A DNA stretch of 64,000 nucleotides. It comes from Nitrospinota bacterium. Lineage in GTDB: Bacteria; UBA8248. Location: assembly GCA_036231405.1 (NCBI GenBank), contig JAZAHK010000046.1:189706-253705 (forward strand). Reading direction: 5' to 3'. The notes beneath the pieces were generated by a model that was given only the letters and a program-made list of their open reading frames with translations, ran no database searches and had not been told where the DNA came from. Each line of letters starts with the position of its first letter. Position 1 is the first letter of the stretch. The position numbers and the translations under genes were made by a program. This document shows positions 50,503 to 61,402 of this stretch, piece by piece.

Positions 50503-50943
50503 ATGATATGTAAAATTGTAGACTCTCCAATAGATATCACAGAATGGATGAATATTTTCGAATCAAAATCGCTTGGAGCTTTGTGTTCTTTCACAGGAAT
50601 AGTTAGAAGTGAGAGTCGGGGTCAAAAAGTCACACATTTGGAATACCACACATATAAAGAAATGGCTGAAAAAAAAATGTTGCAAACAGTTAGTGAAGCA
50701 AAAAACAAATATAAAGTTTCGGATTTGTTGATTGTTCATCGTGTTGGAACATTGCAAGTGGGAGAAATTGCAGTGTTTATCTTAGCCGCTTCTGCCCACA
50801 GAGATGCTGCGTTCAAGGCATGTAGATTTTCAATAGATCGTATAAAGCAAATTGTTCCTATTTGGAAAAAGGAATATGGTGAAGAGGGTGCAGTTTGGAT
50901 TGAAGATTGCCCTGTTGACATTACGCAAGATGCTAGTTCTTAG
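50503..50943 (+). CDS. moaE: Molybdopterin synthase catalytic subunit
   Basis: GALCSFTGIVR, LEYHTY, HRVG, SAHR and VPIWKKE motifs. Confidence 0.94.
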   Translation: MICKIVDSPIDITEWMNIFESKSLGALCSFTGIVRSESRGQKVTHLEYHTYKEMAEKKMLQTVSEAKNKYKVSDLLIVHRVGTLQVGEIAVFILAASAHRDAAFKACRFSIDRIKQIVPIWKKEYGEEGAVWIEDCPVDITQDASS

Positions 50944-51032
50944 AAATAACCAACAAACTAAAAGTAAGTTGAATTTTTTTTCTTATTTTTCAAGGAATTA
51001 ACTTTATTCATACTCGACATGAAAAAAATAGT

Positions 51033-51749
51033 TTGCTTGAGATTAAAAAAATAAGTGCATCCTATCCAGGGGGTATGCAAGTTCTCTTCGGTGTGTCTAT
51101 GTTTGTCATGGAGGGAGAAGTAGTTTCAGTCATTGGCTCCAACGGGGCAGGAAAGTCAACATCACTTAAGTCGGTTATGGGTTTTGTGAATGTAACCGAT
51201 GGCGATGTTCTTTTCGGGGGTGAAAGTTTAAAAGGTTTGAAATCTGAAGCAATACTTTCAAAAGGTCTTGGTTATGTTCCTCAGGGAAGAATAGTTTTTG
51301 GGAAAATGACAGTCAAAGAAAATTTAGAAATGGGAGCATTTATTATAAACAATCAGGAAGTTATTCAAGAATCTATAAAGTACGTTTTTTCGATTTTTCC
51401 GCGTTTAGAGGAACGTCATAAACAACTTGCAGGGACTATGAGTGGTGGAGAGCAACAGATGCTCGCGATTGGCAGATCCCTTATGACAAAGCCAAAGATG
51501 TTGATGTTGGATGAGCCTTCACTTGGGTTAAGTCCTAAATATGTGGATGAGGTTTTTCAAAAGATAGTAGATTTGTCAGATGAGGGGTTTACAATTATCT
51601 TAGTGGAGCAAAATGTTAGACGTGCTTTAGAAATATGTGATCGAGCATATGCCCTAGAACTTGGACGAAATAAAATTGATGGTACGGGTACGCAACTTAT
51701 TGCTAGTAGTCAAGTCCATACGATGTATCTAGGCGGAAATGATTCTTGA
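51033..51749 (+). CDS. Branched-chain amino acid ABC ATP-binding protein, LivF-like
   Basis: GSNGAGKS, MTVKENLEMG, MSGGEQQMLAIGR and LDEPSLGL motifs. Confidence 0.9.
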   Translation: MLEIKKISASYPGGMQVLFGVSMFVMEGEVVSVIGSNGAGKSTSLKSVMGFVNVTDGDVLFGGESLKGLKSEAILSKGLGYVPQGRIVFGKMTVKENLEMGAFIINNQEVIQESIKYVFSIFPRLEERHKQLAGTMSGGEQQMLAIGRSLMTKPKMLMLDEPSLGLSPKYVDEVFQKIVDLSDEGFTIILVEQNVRRALEICDRAYALELGRNKIDGTGTQLIASSQVHTMYLGGNDS

Positions 51750-51851
51750 TTTTCATTCTTTTTTCTTCGTTATTTTCTTCCTGTTCGTTTAAAAACCCGT
51801 GTGGTATAAGTTCATTAGTTTGAACCTTTATTTTTAAACAAGGACGGTTGT

Positions 51852-52490
51852 ATGGTTCATGTGAAAATATGTGGAATTACAAATGTGGAAGATGCGCAAA
51901 TGGCTCTTGAACTTGGTGCCGATGCTCTTGGATTTAATTTTGTTCCTGGAACGCCTAGATTTCTAGAAGAGCGATATGCTAAAGAGATAATGTTTTCTTT
52001 AAGGTCGTTTCGTGAAAAAATTGGTGTTTTTGCCGACGAGAAACGAAGAAGAGTGGAAAAAATATCCTCTGAACTAGGATTAGAAGTAATTCAATTCCAC
52101 GGGAATGAGTCTCCCCAAGAATGCGAGTATTTTTTGGATAAAGGATTTCGTGTGATTCGTGCTTTAAGAGTAAAAGATTCAAGTACGATCAGTATGGTCT
52201 CAAAATTTCAGAATTGTACTATACTTTTAGATTCTTTTGTACGTGGGAAACTAGGGGGTACTGGAAAGAAATTTGACTGGTCATTAGCGAGGAATCTTGC
52301 TGAGAGAAAATCAGTCATTCTTTCTGGAGGTCTCAATCCTTCTAATGTGAAAGAGGCAGTTATGGAAATTTCTCCTTTTGGTGTGGATGTAAGCAGTGGG
52401 GTTGAGAGAGAGCATCCAAGAAGAAAGGATTTTGAACTTGTAAGAAAATTTATCAGGAATGCTAAAGATGCTTTAAGTAAAGGAAAATAG
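51852..52490 (+). CDS. trpF: Phosphoribosylanthranilate isomerase
   Basis: [22 protein letters not shown] and GVDVSSGVE motifs. Confidence 0.96.
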   Translation: MVHVKICGITNVEDAQMALELGADALGFNFVPGTPRFLEERYAKEIMFSLRSFREKIGVFADEKRRRVEKISSELGLEVIQFHGNESPQECEYFLDKGFRVIRALRVKDSSTISMVSKFQNCTILLDSFVRGKLGGTGKKFDWSLARNLAERKSVILSGGLNPSNVKEAVMEISPFGVDVSSGVEREHPRRKDFELVRKFIRNAKDALSKGK

Positions 52491-52492
52491 TT

Positions 52493-53701
52493 ATGTCAGG
52501 CGATGAGAAATTGATTTCAAAAGGTCGTTTTGGAAGGTTTGGAGGAAGATTTGTTCCTGAAACTCTTATCCCTGCCTTGGAAGAATTAGAGACTGCATAT
52601 GAAGATGCAAAAGAAGATCCTTTGTTTCAGTCAGAACTTGATCAATTATTAAATGATTTTGTAGGTCGTCCAACCCCTTTATACTTTGCAGAACGTCTTT
52701 CTGCTGAATTGAAAACTTTGAAGGTGTATTTGAAAAGAGAAGACCTATGTCACACCGGGGCGCACAAAATAAATAATACTATGGCCCAAGTTATTTTAGC
52801 AAAAAGATTGGGGAAAAAACGTATTATTGCGGAGACTGGTGCAGGTCAACATGGTGTTGCAACTGCAACTGCTGCAGCGAGATATGGATTGGAATGTTGT
52901 ATATATATGGGGGAAGAAGATATAGAAAGACAAGAACTAAATGTCTTTCGTATGCAACTTCTTGGAGCAATTGTCATTCCAGTAAAGTCTGGTAGTGGGA
53001 CTTTAAAAGATGCTACAAATGAAACTCTTCGTGATTGGACTGCATCGGTAAGGACGACACACTATATAATTGGTTCTGTTGTGGGTCCTCATCCTTTCCC
53101 TGAAATGATTCGTGATTTTCAATCTGTGATTGGGAGAGAAACTCGTAAACAGATTTTAGAAATGGAGGGAAGATTGCCAGACTCCTGTGTTGCTTGTGTT
53201 GGGGGAGGAAGCAACGCAATTGGTCTTTTTTATCCTTTTCTGGACGATAAAGATGTTGAACTTGTTGGCGTAGAAGCAGGGGGGAGAGGGTTAGAATCTG
53301 GTGAACATGGAGCATCTCTTGCTGCAGGCAGAATTGGAGTTTTGCACGGCTGTGAAACGTTTTTACTCTATGATGAAGATGGGCAGATTATTCCTGCTCA
53401 TTCTGTTTCGGCAGGCTTAGATTACCCAGGAGTAGGTCCGGAACACTCATTTCTCAAAGATTCAAAGAGAGCACGTTATTTTACTGTTAAAGATAGCGAA
53501 GCGCTTGAGGCGTTCCAAAGGCTATCTCTTCTGGAAGGTATTATTCCTGCTTTTGAGAGTTCACACGCAATTGCAATCCTCGATAAGTTAGCGGATGAAG
53601 TTTCTTCAAAAAATTTTGAAAAATTGATAGTCGTAAACTTATCTGGACGTGGGGATAAAGACGTTTATCAGGCAAGAGGATTATTGAAAGACTTGGTTTA
53701 A
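52493..53701 (+). CDS. trpB: Tryptophan synthase beta chain
   Basis: [26 protein letters not shown] and [11 protein letters not shown] motifs. Confidence 0.98.
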   Translation: MSGDEKLISKGRFGRFGGRFVPETLIPALEELETAYEDAKEDPLFQSELDQLLNDFVGRPTPLYFAERLSAELKTLKVYLKREDLCHTGAHKINNTMAQVILAKRLGKKRIIAETGAGQHGVATATAAARYGLECCIYMGEEDIERQELNVFRMQLLGAIVIPVKSGSGTLKDATNETLRDWTASVRTTHYIIGSVVGPHPFPEMIRDFQSVIGRETRKQILEMEGRLPDSCVACVGGGSNAIGLFYPFLDDKDVELVGVEAGGRGLESGEHGASLAAGRIGVLHGCETFLLYDEDGQIIPAHSVSAGLDYPGVGPEHSFLKDSKRARYFTVKDSEALEAFQRLSLLEGIIPAFESSHAIAILDKLADEVSSKNFEKLIVVNLSGRGDKDVYQARGLLKDLV

Positions 53702-53720
53702 TTTTTAAGGGAGTTTTAAT

Positions 53721-54548
53721 TTGCTTTCTTCAGGAAGATTAGAATTATGTATGTCTCAATTAAAAAATAATAAAAGGTCTGGCTTGTTTCCTTTTATTAC
53801 GGCAGGAGACCCCGATCTTGAATTTACAAAATCATTAATTAGATCTTTGGCTGCTTCAGGTGCAGATGGTTTTGAAATTGGTGTTCCTTTTAGTGATCCA
53901 TTAGCAGATGGACCTACAATTCAGCGGGCAAGTATGCGTGCTTTGGAGGATGGGACGAATCTTAAATCTGTTATAAAAATGATTGCGGAAGTAAGAGAAG
54001 AATTCAAAGATTTACCTCTCGTTATCATGACCTATTATAATCCAATTATTGCTATGGGAGTTGATACTTTTGTCCAAGAATCTTCACTGGCAGGGATAGA
54101 TGCAGTGATCGTTCCTGATCTTCCACCTGAGGAAAGTGTTGAATTACTTAAGTCAATGGAAGAATATCCAATAGAACTTGTTTTTATGCTTGCTCCTACA
54201 AGTACAGACCAAAGGATATCTCTTGTAAATGAGTTTGGAGGAGGTTTTATATATTATGTTGCGCAGATGGGTGTGACTGGTGCAAGAGAGTCTCTAGACA
54301 AAGATTTGAGTTTATCTCTTGAAAAAATAAATAAGGAGAAAAAATTACCTGTTTTAGTTGGTTTTGGTATAAAAACTCCTGAACAGGCTGCTGAAGTTTC
54401 TCAGTTTGCAGAAGGTATTATTGTTGGGAGTGCTTTGATTGATGTGATTGAACAAAATTCTGACAGAGAAGATAAATTAGATGCTGCAGCCAAGTATATA
54501 TCATCTCTTAAAAGTGCTATGGATAACTCTTGTTCTGAAAAAAAATAG
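53721..54548 (+). CDS. trpA: Tryptophan synthase alpha chain
   Basis: EIGVPFSDPLADGPTIQ, MTYYN, GVTG and VGFGI motifs. Confidence 0.97.
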   Translation: MLSSGRLELCMSQLKNNKRSGLFPFITAGDPDLEFTKSLIRSLAASGADGFEIGVPFSDPLADGPTIQRASMRALEDGTNLKSVIKMIAEVREEFKDLPLVIMTYYNPIIAMGVDTFVQESSLAGIDAVIVPDLPPEESVELLKSMEEYPIELVFMLAPTSTDQRISLVNEFGGGFIYYVAQMGVTGARESLDKDLSLSLEKINKEKKLPVLVGFGIKTPEQAAEVSQFAEGIIVGSALIDVIEQNSDREDKLDAAAKYISSLKSAMDNSCSEKK

Positions 54549-54560
54549 AAGAGGATAGAT

Positions 54561-55961
54561 GTGTCTGAGAAAACGCTATACGACAAAGTTTGGGATAAAC
54601 ATACAGTGTCTAAACTTGAATCAGGTCAGGATCAACTTTTTATAGGTCTTCATCTGATCCATGAAGTCACGACTCCTCAAGCTTTCGCAATGCTTGAGGA
54701 ATTAGGTGCTGAGGTAGCGTTTCCAGAACGTACGATTGCAACTGTTGACCATATAATTCCTACATTATCTTTGCTTAGACCCCTTGAAGATCCACAAGCT
54801 GAGTTAATGATGGCGTCCCTGGAGAAAAACGTGGAAAAATTTGGCATCCGTTTCTTGAATAAGAGTTCAGAGATGCAAGGAATAGTTCACGTTATAGGAC
54901 CAGAATTAGGATTGAGTCAGCCAGGAATGACAATAGCTTGTGGAGATAGTCACACCAGTACCCATGGTGCAATGGGTGCTCTCGGATTTGGAATAGGAAC
55001 AACAGAGGTAGGTCATGTTTTAGCTTCACAGACTCTTTCACTCAATAGATTAAAGGTTCGCCGCATTGAAGTAAATGGTGATTTGCAAGATGGAGTTTTA
55101 CCTAAGGATGTCATATTGAGAATAATTCATGATCTTGGAATTAAGGGTGGTCTCGGCCACGCTTATGAATATGCTGGAACAGTTTTCGATAACATGGAGA
55201 TGGAAGGAAGAATGACAGTTTGTAATATGAGCATTGAGGGTGGAGCTAGGATTGGTTATGTTAATCCTGATGAGACGACCTTTGACTACTTGTCCGGCCG
55301 AGAATTTGCTCCTAAAGGTAATGATTTTGAAAATGCATTAAACTATTGGAAATCAGTATCTTCAGATTCCGATGCGGAATATGACGATATTTATGAAATT
55401 TCTGGTGATTCAATTCAGCCAATGGTTACTTGGGGTATCAATCCAGGACAATCCCTTGGATTATCTGATACGTTACCAGATCCATCCATTTTTTCTGGTG
55501 AAGATGTCAAAACTGCACAAAAAGGCTACGAGTTCATGGGATTAAAATCTGGAACTCCGATTCGTGACACAAAAATAGATGTTGCATTTCTCGGTTCTTG
55601 CACTAACTCGCGGATTTCGGATTTGAGAGAAGGAGCAAATATTATTAGTGGTCGTAAAGTGAACTCAAAAGTACGCATGTTAGTAGTCCCGGGATCTCAA
55701 AAGGTAAAGAAACAAGCAGAGGAAGAAGGTTTAGATGAAATTTTCAAGGAAGCTGGTGCAGAATGGAGAGAGGCCGGATGTTCCATGTGCCTTGGCATGA
55801 ATCCAGATAAGCTTGTAGGTTCCGAGAGAAGCATTTCATCTTCTAATAGGAATTTCATTGGTCGACAGGGTAGCCCTAGAGGTAGAACTCATCTAGCTAG
55901 TCCTGCAGTTGTTGCAGCTTCTGCTATTGAAGGTCGTATTGCAGATCCAAGAGATTTTTAA
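54561..55961 (+). CDS. leuC: 3-isopropylmalate dehydratase large subunit
   Basis: [26 protein letters not shown] and CSMCLGMN motifs. Confidence 0.97.
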   Translation: MSEKTLYDKVWDKHTVSKLESGQDQLFIGLHLIHEVTTPQAFAMLEELGAEVAFPERTIATVDHIIPTLSLLRPLEDPQAELMMASLEKNVEKFGIRFLNKSSEMQGIVHVIGPELGLSQPGMTIACGDSHTSTHGAMGALGFGIGTTEVGHVLASQTLSLNRLKVRRIEVNGDLQDGVLPKDVILRIIHDLGIKGGLGHAYEYAGTVFDNMEMEGRMTVCNMSIEGGARIGYVNPDETTFDYLSGREFAPKGNDFENALNYWKSVSSDSDAEYDDIYEISGDSIQPMVTWGINPGQSLGLSDTLPDPSIFSGEDVKTAQKGYEFMGLKSGTPIRDTKIDVAFLGSCTNSRISDLREGANIISGRKVNSKVRMLVVPGSQKVKKQAEEEGLDEIFKEAGAEWREAGCSMCLGMNPDKLVGSERSISSSNRNFIGRQGSPRGRTHLASPAVVAASAIEGRIADPRDF

Positions 55962-55972
55962 GGAGTAATAAC

Positions 55973-56569
55973 ATGTCAGTAGAAAAAATAATTAGTATTA
56001 TAGGTAGAGGAGTTCCTCTTCCTGGAGATGATATAGATACTGATAGAATAACACCTGCAAGATTTCTAAAAGCAATAACTTTTGATGGAATAGAAAAGGC
56101 TCTCTTTTGTGATGAGAGAGAAAACACCCCTGATCACCCAATTGATAATCCTGCATTTAAAGGAGGTAACATTTTATTCGTCGGTAAGAATTTTGGTTCT
56201 GGATCCTCTAGAGAACACGCTCCACAAGCGTTAAAAAGATTTGGAATTGATGCTCTTGTTGGAGTGTCTTTTGCCGAGATTTTTGCCGGAAATTGTTTCG
56301 CAATTGGAGTTCCCGTTGTAACAGTACTTGCGGAGGAGTTAGAATCCTTAATGAGTCAAACTCTGGAGTATCCAGAAATTCTATATGAATTAAATCTCGA
56401 GAAAAAAGAGATTTTTTTTGGAGATTCAAGCATTTCGATTGATATCCAGGAAAATCAAAGAAGTTCTTTCCTAAATGGGAATTGGGATATGTTGCAGAAT
56501 CTCATGAGTAATTTGCCTAAAGCCAGAGAAGTAACCGATGAGTTGCCGTATTGTAATGATTTTAAGTAG
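55973..56569 (+). CDS. leuD: 3-isopropylmalate dehydratase small subunit
   Basis: DIDTDRI and NFGSGSSREHAP motifs. Confidence 0.96.
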   Translation: MSVEKIISIIGRGVPLPGDDIDTDRITPARFLKAITFDGIEKALFCDERENTPDHPIDNPAFKGGNILFVGKNFGSGSSREHAPQALKRFGIDALVGVSFAEIFAGNCFAIGVPVVTVLAEELESLMSQTLEYPEILYELNLEKKEIFFGDSSISIDIQENQRSSFLNGNWDMLQNLMSNLPKAREVTDELPYCNDFK

Positions 56570-56609
56570 AGAATCCTTTATTAACTCAATCGAAAGGTAG
56601 GTATGTAAG

Positions 56610-57692
56610 TTGAATGAATTTAATATTGCGTTACTTCCTGGAGATGGTATTGGAGAAGAGGTTATTCGCGAGGCGGGTTCTATTCTTCAGAGTTCAGGAA
56701 AGTTATTTGACGTAAAATTCAATTTTAAAGAGGCCTTATGTGGTGGTGGTGCAATAGACGCATTTGATGATCCACTACCGGATGAAACCCTACGTTTGTG
56801 TAAAGATTCAGATGCGGTTTTGTTCGGCGCTGTTGGTGGTCCAAAATGGGATAATCTAGAAAGAGCAAAACGCCCTGAGCAGGCAATACTTGGTCTTCGA
56901 AAAGGACTCGATTTGTACGCAAATCTTAGGCCGGCTGTTATGTTTGATTCTCTTGTGGATTCTTCTTCTTTAAAGCCAGAGATTGTACAAGGACTTGATT
57001 TGCTTGTCTTACGTGAAGGTGTGGGTGGAATTTATTTTGGACAGCCACAACATATTGAAGATGTTTCTCCTGACGAAGAAAGGGCTGTTGATACAATGGT
57101 GTATCACTCTTCCGAAATTAGAAGGATCGTGAAGCTTGGATTTGAACTTGCTTCTGTTAGAAAAAAAAAGCTTTGCTCAGTGGATAAAGAAAATGTCTTA
57201 TATAACAGTAGGTTATGGAGAAAGGTTGCAATAGAAGTCGGAGAAAATTTCCCTGAAATTGAATTGTCTCATATGTATGTTGATAATGCCTCTATGCAAT
57301 TAATTCGAGATCCACTCCAATTTGATGTTATCGTAACTGGAAATATGTTTGGAGATATCCTAAGTGATGCCGCTTCCATGTTAACTGGTTCAATAGGTAT
57401 GCTTGCATCTGCGAATTTAGGAGATGGTGGTTTTGGTATGTTTGAACCCGTCCATGGAACAGCCCCTGACATAGCCGGAGAAGATAAGGCAAATCCAATT
57501 GCAGCTATTATGTCAACTGCTATGCTCTGTCGTTACGCTTTAAAACTTCCTGAAATTTCGAACGTTATAGAGACAGCAGTTTCTGAAACTTTGAGAAAAG
57601 GCTACAGGACTATTGATATTCATACTCCTGGAACGAAAAAGGTTTCTTGCTCTGAAATGGGTTCTGTAATCCTTGATCACGTGGAGGACTGA
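56610..57692 (+). CDS. leuB: 3-isopropylmalate dehydrogenase
   Basis: LPGDGIG, GAVGGPKW, NMFGDILSD and EPVHGTAPDIAG motifs. Confidence 0.97.
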   Translation: MNEFNIALLPGDGIGEEVIREAGSILQSSGKLFDVKFNFKEALCGGGAIDAFDDPLPDETLRLCKDSDAVLFGAVGGPKWDNLERAKRPEQAILGLRKGLDLYANLRPAVMFDSLVDSSSLKPEIVQGLDLLVLREGVGGIYFGQPQHIEDVSPDEERAVDTMVYHSSEIRRIVKLGFELASVRKKKLCSVDKENVLYNSRLWRKVAIEVGENFPEIELSHMYVDNASMQLIRDPLQFDVIVTGNMFGDILSDAASMLTGSIGMLASANLGDGGFGMFEPVHGTAPDIAGEDKANPIAAIMSTAMLCRYALKLPEISNVIETAVSETLRKGYRTIDIHTPGTKKVSCSEMGSVILDHVED

Positions 57693-57694
57693 AT

Positions 57695-58714
57695 ATGTCT
57701 GGCTTGCAAGTTGCTGTTGTTGGGGCAACCGGGGTAGTAGGAAATGAAATGATCCGTATTTTGGAAGAGCGCAACTTCCCAGTTGCCCAACTTCATCTTT
57801 ATGCTAGCGAGAAAAGCGAGGGTAAAAACTTAGAATTTCGAAGTAAAAGTTTAACAGTGAAGAAGTTAAATCAAGATTCTTTTAAAGATATAGATATTGC
57901 TCTTTTCTCTGCTGGTGCTAGCAGATCTCTTGAATTTGCAAATATAGCGGTCCAGTCTGGTGCTATAGTAATTGATAATTCAAGTGCATTCCGTATGGAG
58001 TCTGATATTCCACTCGTAGTTCCTGAGATTAACTCTCATTGTCTTACTTCTGAATGCAAAATCATTGCTAATCCTAACTGTTCCACAATACAGTTAGTTG
58101 TTGTGCTTAATCCGCTCCACAAAATTTCTCCTATTAAAAGAATTGTCGTGAGTACGTATCAGGCAGTAAGTGGGGCAGGGCAAAGAGCAATTGATGAACT
58201 TGAAATGCAGGTGAGAGCCAAAATGAAATCAGAAGAATCTCCATCTGAGAATTTTCCGTACCAGATAGCATTTAATTGTTTGCCTCAAATAGATATTTTT
58301 TTGGAGGGTGGAAATACCAAAGAAGAATCAAAAATGATCAATGAGACTCGTAAAATTTTAGAGTCTGTGGATCTGCCCCTAAGTGCTACATGTGTTCGCG
58401 TTCCTGTCTATAATGCGCATTCAGAATCAGTGAATATTGAATTTTGTGAAGATATGGATTCTCAGAAGGTAAGAGAGATACTTAATGGATCGGATGGAAT
58501 AGAAGTTCTTGATGATGTTGATAGGTTAATTTATCCCATGCCGATAGATATATCAGGGAAAGATGATGTCTTCGTTGGAAGGATAAGAGACGATGATTCT
58601 GTCCCAAATACTGTAAATCTTTGGGTAGTTTCAGACAACCTACGTAAGGGTGCTGCTCTTAATGCAGTGCAAATTGCAGAGAGTCTTTTAGAAAAAAATA
58701 TTTTAGAAGTGTAA
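57695..58714 (+). CDS. asd: Aspartate-semialdehyde dehydrogenase
   Basis: VGATGVVG, ANPNCST, TYQAVSGAG and DNLRKGAALN motifs. Confidence 0.97.
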   Translation: MSGLQVAVVGATGVVGNEMIRILEERNFPVAQLHLYASEKSEGKNLEFRSKSLTVKKLNQDSFKDIDIALFSAGASRSLEFANIAVQSGAIVIDNSSAFRMESDIPLVVPEINSHCLTSECKIIANPNCSTIQLVVVLNPLHKISPIKRIVVSTYQAVSGAGQRAIDELEMQVRAKMKSEESPSENFPYQIAFNCLPQIDIFLEGGNTKEESKMINETRKILESVDLPLSATCVRVPVYNAHSESVNIEFCEDMDSQKVREILNGSDGIEVLDDVDRLIYPMPIDISGKDDVFVGRIRDDDSVPNTVNLWVVSDNLRKGAALNAVQIAESLLEKNILEV

Positions 58715-58736
58715 TTTTTACGATGGAGGAAAAGTT

Positions 58737-59594
58737 TTGAAAGATGTTCTGATAGGTGTAATAGGCGGCAGTGGTTTATATGAAATGGAAGAACTTGAGG
58801 ATGTCGAGGAAATTACTGTAGATACTCCATTTGGTTCCCCATCTGCACCTTTCGTAATTGGAACGCTTTCAGGTAAAAGAATTGCTTTTTTGCCACGTCA
58901 TGGTATTGGACATGTATTAATGCCAAGTGAAATTCCATTCCTTGCAAATATTTATGGATTTAGAAAGCTAGGTTGTGAGTGGATTATTTCAGTAAGCGCA
59001 GTTGGGAGTATGAAGGAGGAAATTCATCCTGGACATATTGTGATTCCAGACCAGTTCATTGATCTTACCAGAAAAAGAAGAAGCACTTTCTTTGGAGATG
59101 GACTGGTTGCGCATGTTTCCATGGCAGATCCAGTTTGTGCGAAGCTTTCCACGATACTTGAAAACGCTGCCAAGGAATCTGGTGCAAATGTACATAAGGG
59201 TGGAACATATGTATGCATGGAAGGTCCTCAATTCAGCAGTCGTTCGGAAAGTTATCGTTATCGTGACTGGGGTGTTTCAATAATAGGAATGACCAATATG
59301 CCTGAAGCGAAACTTGCACGCGAAGCGGAGATGAGTTATGCGACGATTGCGCTTTCCACTGATTATGATTGTTGGCATGAAGATGAAGAAGATGTAGATG
59401 TAGAATCTGTGGTTGCTTTAGTAAAGAGGAACGCAGAACTTGCAAGAACGATTATTGGCAAAGCCGTTTCTCAAATAGAAGGGAAAAGTCCTTTCTCTGA
59501 AATATTAAAGACCTCAATTATTTCAGACTTAAAATATGTTCCTAAAGAAACTCTTAATCGCCTCGAACTTTTCGTGGGAAGATACATAAATTGA
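58737..59594 (+). CDS. mtnP: S-methyl-5'-thioadenosine phosphorylase
   Basis: IGGSGLY, PRHG, EGPQFS, GMTNMPEAKLAREA and TDYDCW motifs. Confidence 0.94.
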   Translation: MKDVLIGVIGGSGLYEMEELEDVEEITVDTPFGSPSAPFVIGTLSGKRIAFLPRHGIGHVLMPSEIPFLANIYGFRKLGCEWIISVSAVGSMKEEIHPGHIVIPDQFIDLTRKRRSTFFGDGLVAHVSMADPVCAKLSTILENAAKESGANVHKGGTYVCMEGPQFSSRSESYRYRDWGVSIIGMTNMPEAKLAREAEMSYATIALSTDYDCWHEDEEDVDVESVVALVKRNAELARTIIGKAVSQIEGKSPFSEILKTSIISDLKYVPKETLNRLELFVGRYIN

Positions 59595-60880
59595 TGCGAA
59601 AAGAACTATCTGAAAAATACTTTTCACTTGCACAAAAGAGAATTCCTGGTGGAGTAGATAGTCCGGTTCGTGCTTTTAAAGGAGTTGGCGGCACTCCTTT
59701 TTTTGTTGAACGTGGCAAAGGATCGCGTGTTTGGGATGTTGATGGGAATGAGTACATTGACTATGTTCTCTCTTGGGGGCCGCTAATTTTAGGTCATGCG
59801 CATCCAAGAGTTGTATCTTCGCTTAAAGACACAATAGAATCAGGGACAAGTTTCGGAGCGCCTACAGTCCTCGAAACAACCCTTGCAGAACTAGTGCAGG
59901 ATTCTTTTCCTTCTATGGAACTCATCCGATTTGTTAATTCTGGGACGGAAGCGACGATGTCTTCAATTCGTCTTGCAAGAGGATTTACAGGACGTAATGC
60001 AATTGTAAAATTCGATGGATGTTATCACGGGCATTCAGATGGTCTTCTTGTAAAGACTGGAAGCGGAGGAGCCACTTTTGGAGTTCCAGATAGTGAGGGA
60101 GTCCCAAAGGATTATGCACGTAACACTTTTTCGTTGCCCTTTAATGACATAAATGTTGTCGAAGAGCTTTTTTTTTCTCACGGAGAGAAAATCTCTTGTA
60201 TTATCGTTGAACCTGTTGCGGGTAATATGGGTTTGATTGTTCCGGATAAAGAGTATTTAGAAGCATTGCGTTCACTTTCCTCTAAATATGGGTGTCTTCT
60301 TATTTTTGACGAAGTTATGACTGGGTTTAGGGTTGCAAAAGGGGGTGCACAGCAGTTGTTTGAGATAGAGCCAGACCTTACAACTCTTGGAAAAGTAATC
60401 GGCGGAGGACTACCTGTTGCTGCGTATGGCGGAAAGAAAGAAATTATGGAAAAAATTGCTCCTCTTGGTGCAGTCTATCAAGCTGGAACACTTTCTGGGA
60501 ACCCTCTAGCTATGGCTGCAGGAATTGAGACGATTAAAGTTATGAATGAGTTAGATCTTCCTGGGATTCTATCAAGCAAGGTGGAATATCTGGTAAATGG
60601 TCTTTTAGATTTATCAAAGATAAATAATATTCCATTGACAGCTTCCTGTTGTGGTTCCATGTTTGGTTTCTATTTTCAAGAAGATACTGTTAAAAATTTC
60701 TCCGAAGCTTTACGTTCAGATTTGAAATTATATTCTTGTTTTTTTCATGGTATGCTCCAAGAGGGAGTAGCTTTTGCCCCCAGTCAATTCGAAGTTGGAT
60801 TTATGTCTGTGACACATGAAAAATCAGATCTAGATTTTACACTCGAAGCCGCTTCGAAAGTTTTGAAAAAAATTCGATAA
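59594..60880 (+). CDS. hemL: Glutamate-1-semialdehyde 2,1-aminomutase
   Basis: PGGVDSPVRAF, NSGTEATM, FDEVMTGFR, GKVIGGGLP and QAGTLSGNP motifs. Confidence 0.97.
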   Translation: MRKELSEKYFSLAQKRIPGGVDSPVRAFKGVGGTPFFVERGKGSRVWDVDGNEYIDYVLSWGPLILGHAHPRVVSSLKDTIESGTSFGAPTVLETTLAELVQDSFPSMELIRFVNSGTEATMSSIRLARGFTGRNAIVKFDGCYHGHSDGLLVKTGSGGATFGVPDSEGVPKDYARNTFSLPFNDINVVEELFFSHGEKISCIIVEPVAGNMGLIVPDKEYLEALRSLSSKYGCLLIFDEVMTGFRVAKGGAQQLFEIEPDLTTLGKVIGGGLPVAAYGGKKEIMEKIAPLGAVYQAGTLSGNPLAMAAGIETIKVMNELDLPGILSSKVEYLVNGLLDLSKINNIPLTASCCGSMFGFYFQEDTVKNFSEALRSDLKLYSCFFHGMLQEGVAFAPSQFEVGFMSVTHEKSDLDFTLEAASKVLKKIR

Positions 60881-60907
60881 CATTTTCACGCCTTAGAGGT
60901 TTCTCCT

Positions 60908-61240
60908 TTGAGAAGTTATTTAAGAAATTCTAGTTCTTCCATTAGCGTTATCGTCTGTTGGTTTTTGATTGGTGTAAGTATTCTTATGTTTGTGAATGCA
61001 TTTTTTGGACGTAATGGTATTTTTGCTCTTTTTCAAGACCGAGAAAAACTTGAAGAATTAAAAAAAGAAGTTGTAGAACTTGAATCAGTGAACGAACATT
61101 TACGTTCTAAAATTTTCTCCCTTAGAAATGACTTTAAGGTTGTGGAAAAAATTGCAAGAGAAAATTTGGGATTGGTAAATTCTGGAGACACGGTTTTTGA
61201 ATTTATTCCTTCTGATAAAAATAAATTGAGGGAGGAATAA
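60908..61240 (+). CDS. ftsB: FtsB/DivIC septum formation initiator family protein
   Basis: TM segment, FGRNG, coiled coil and EKIARENLGLV..GD. Confidence 0.8.
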   Translation: MRSYLRNSSSSISVIVCWFLIGVSILMFVNAFFGRNGIFALFQDREKLEELKKEVVELESVNEHLRSKIFSLRNDFKVVEKIARENLGLVNSGDTVFEFIPSDKNKLREE

Positions 61241-61295
61241 AATTTTTCTTTTTCTTCTAATTTAAAATTATTTATGTTAGGTTGACTTCTTCCGT

Positions 61296-61372
<77 letters not shown>

Positions 61373-61402
61373 ATATACTTTCACAATTATACAAATAGTT
61401 TA

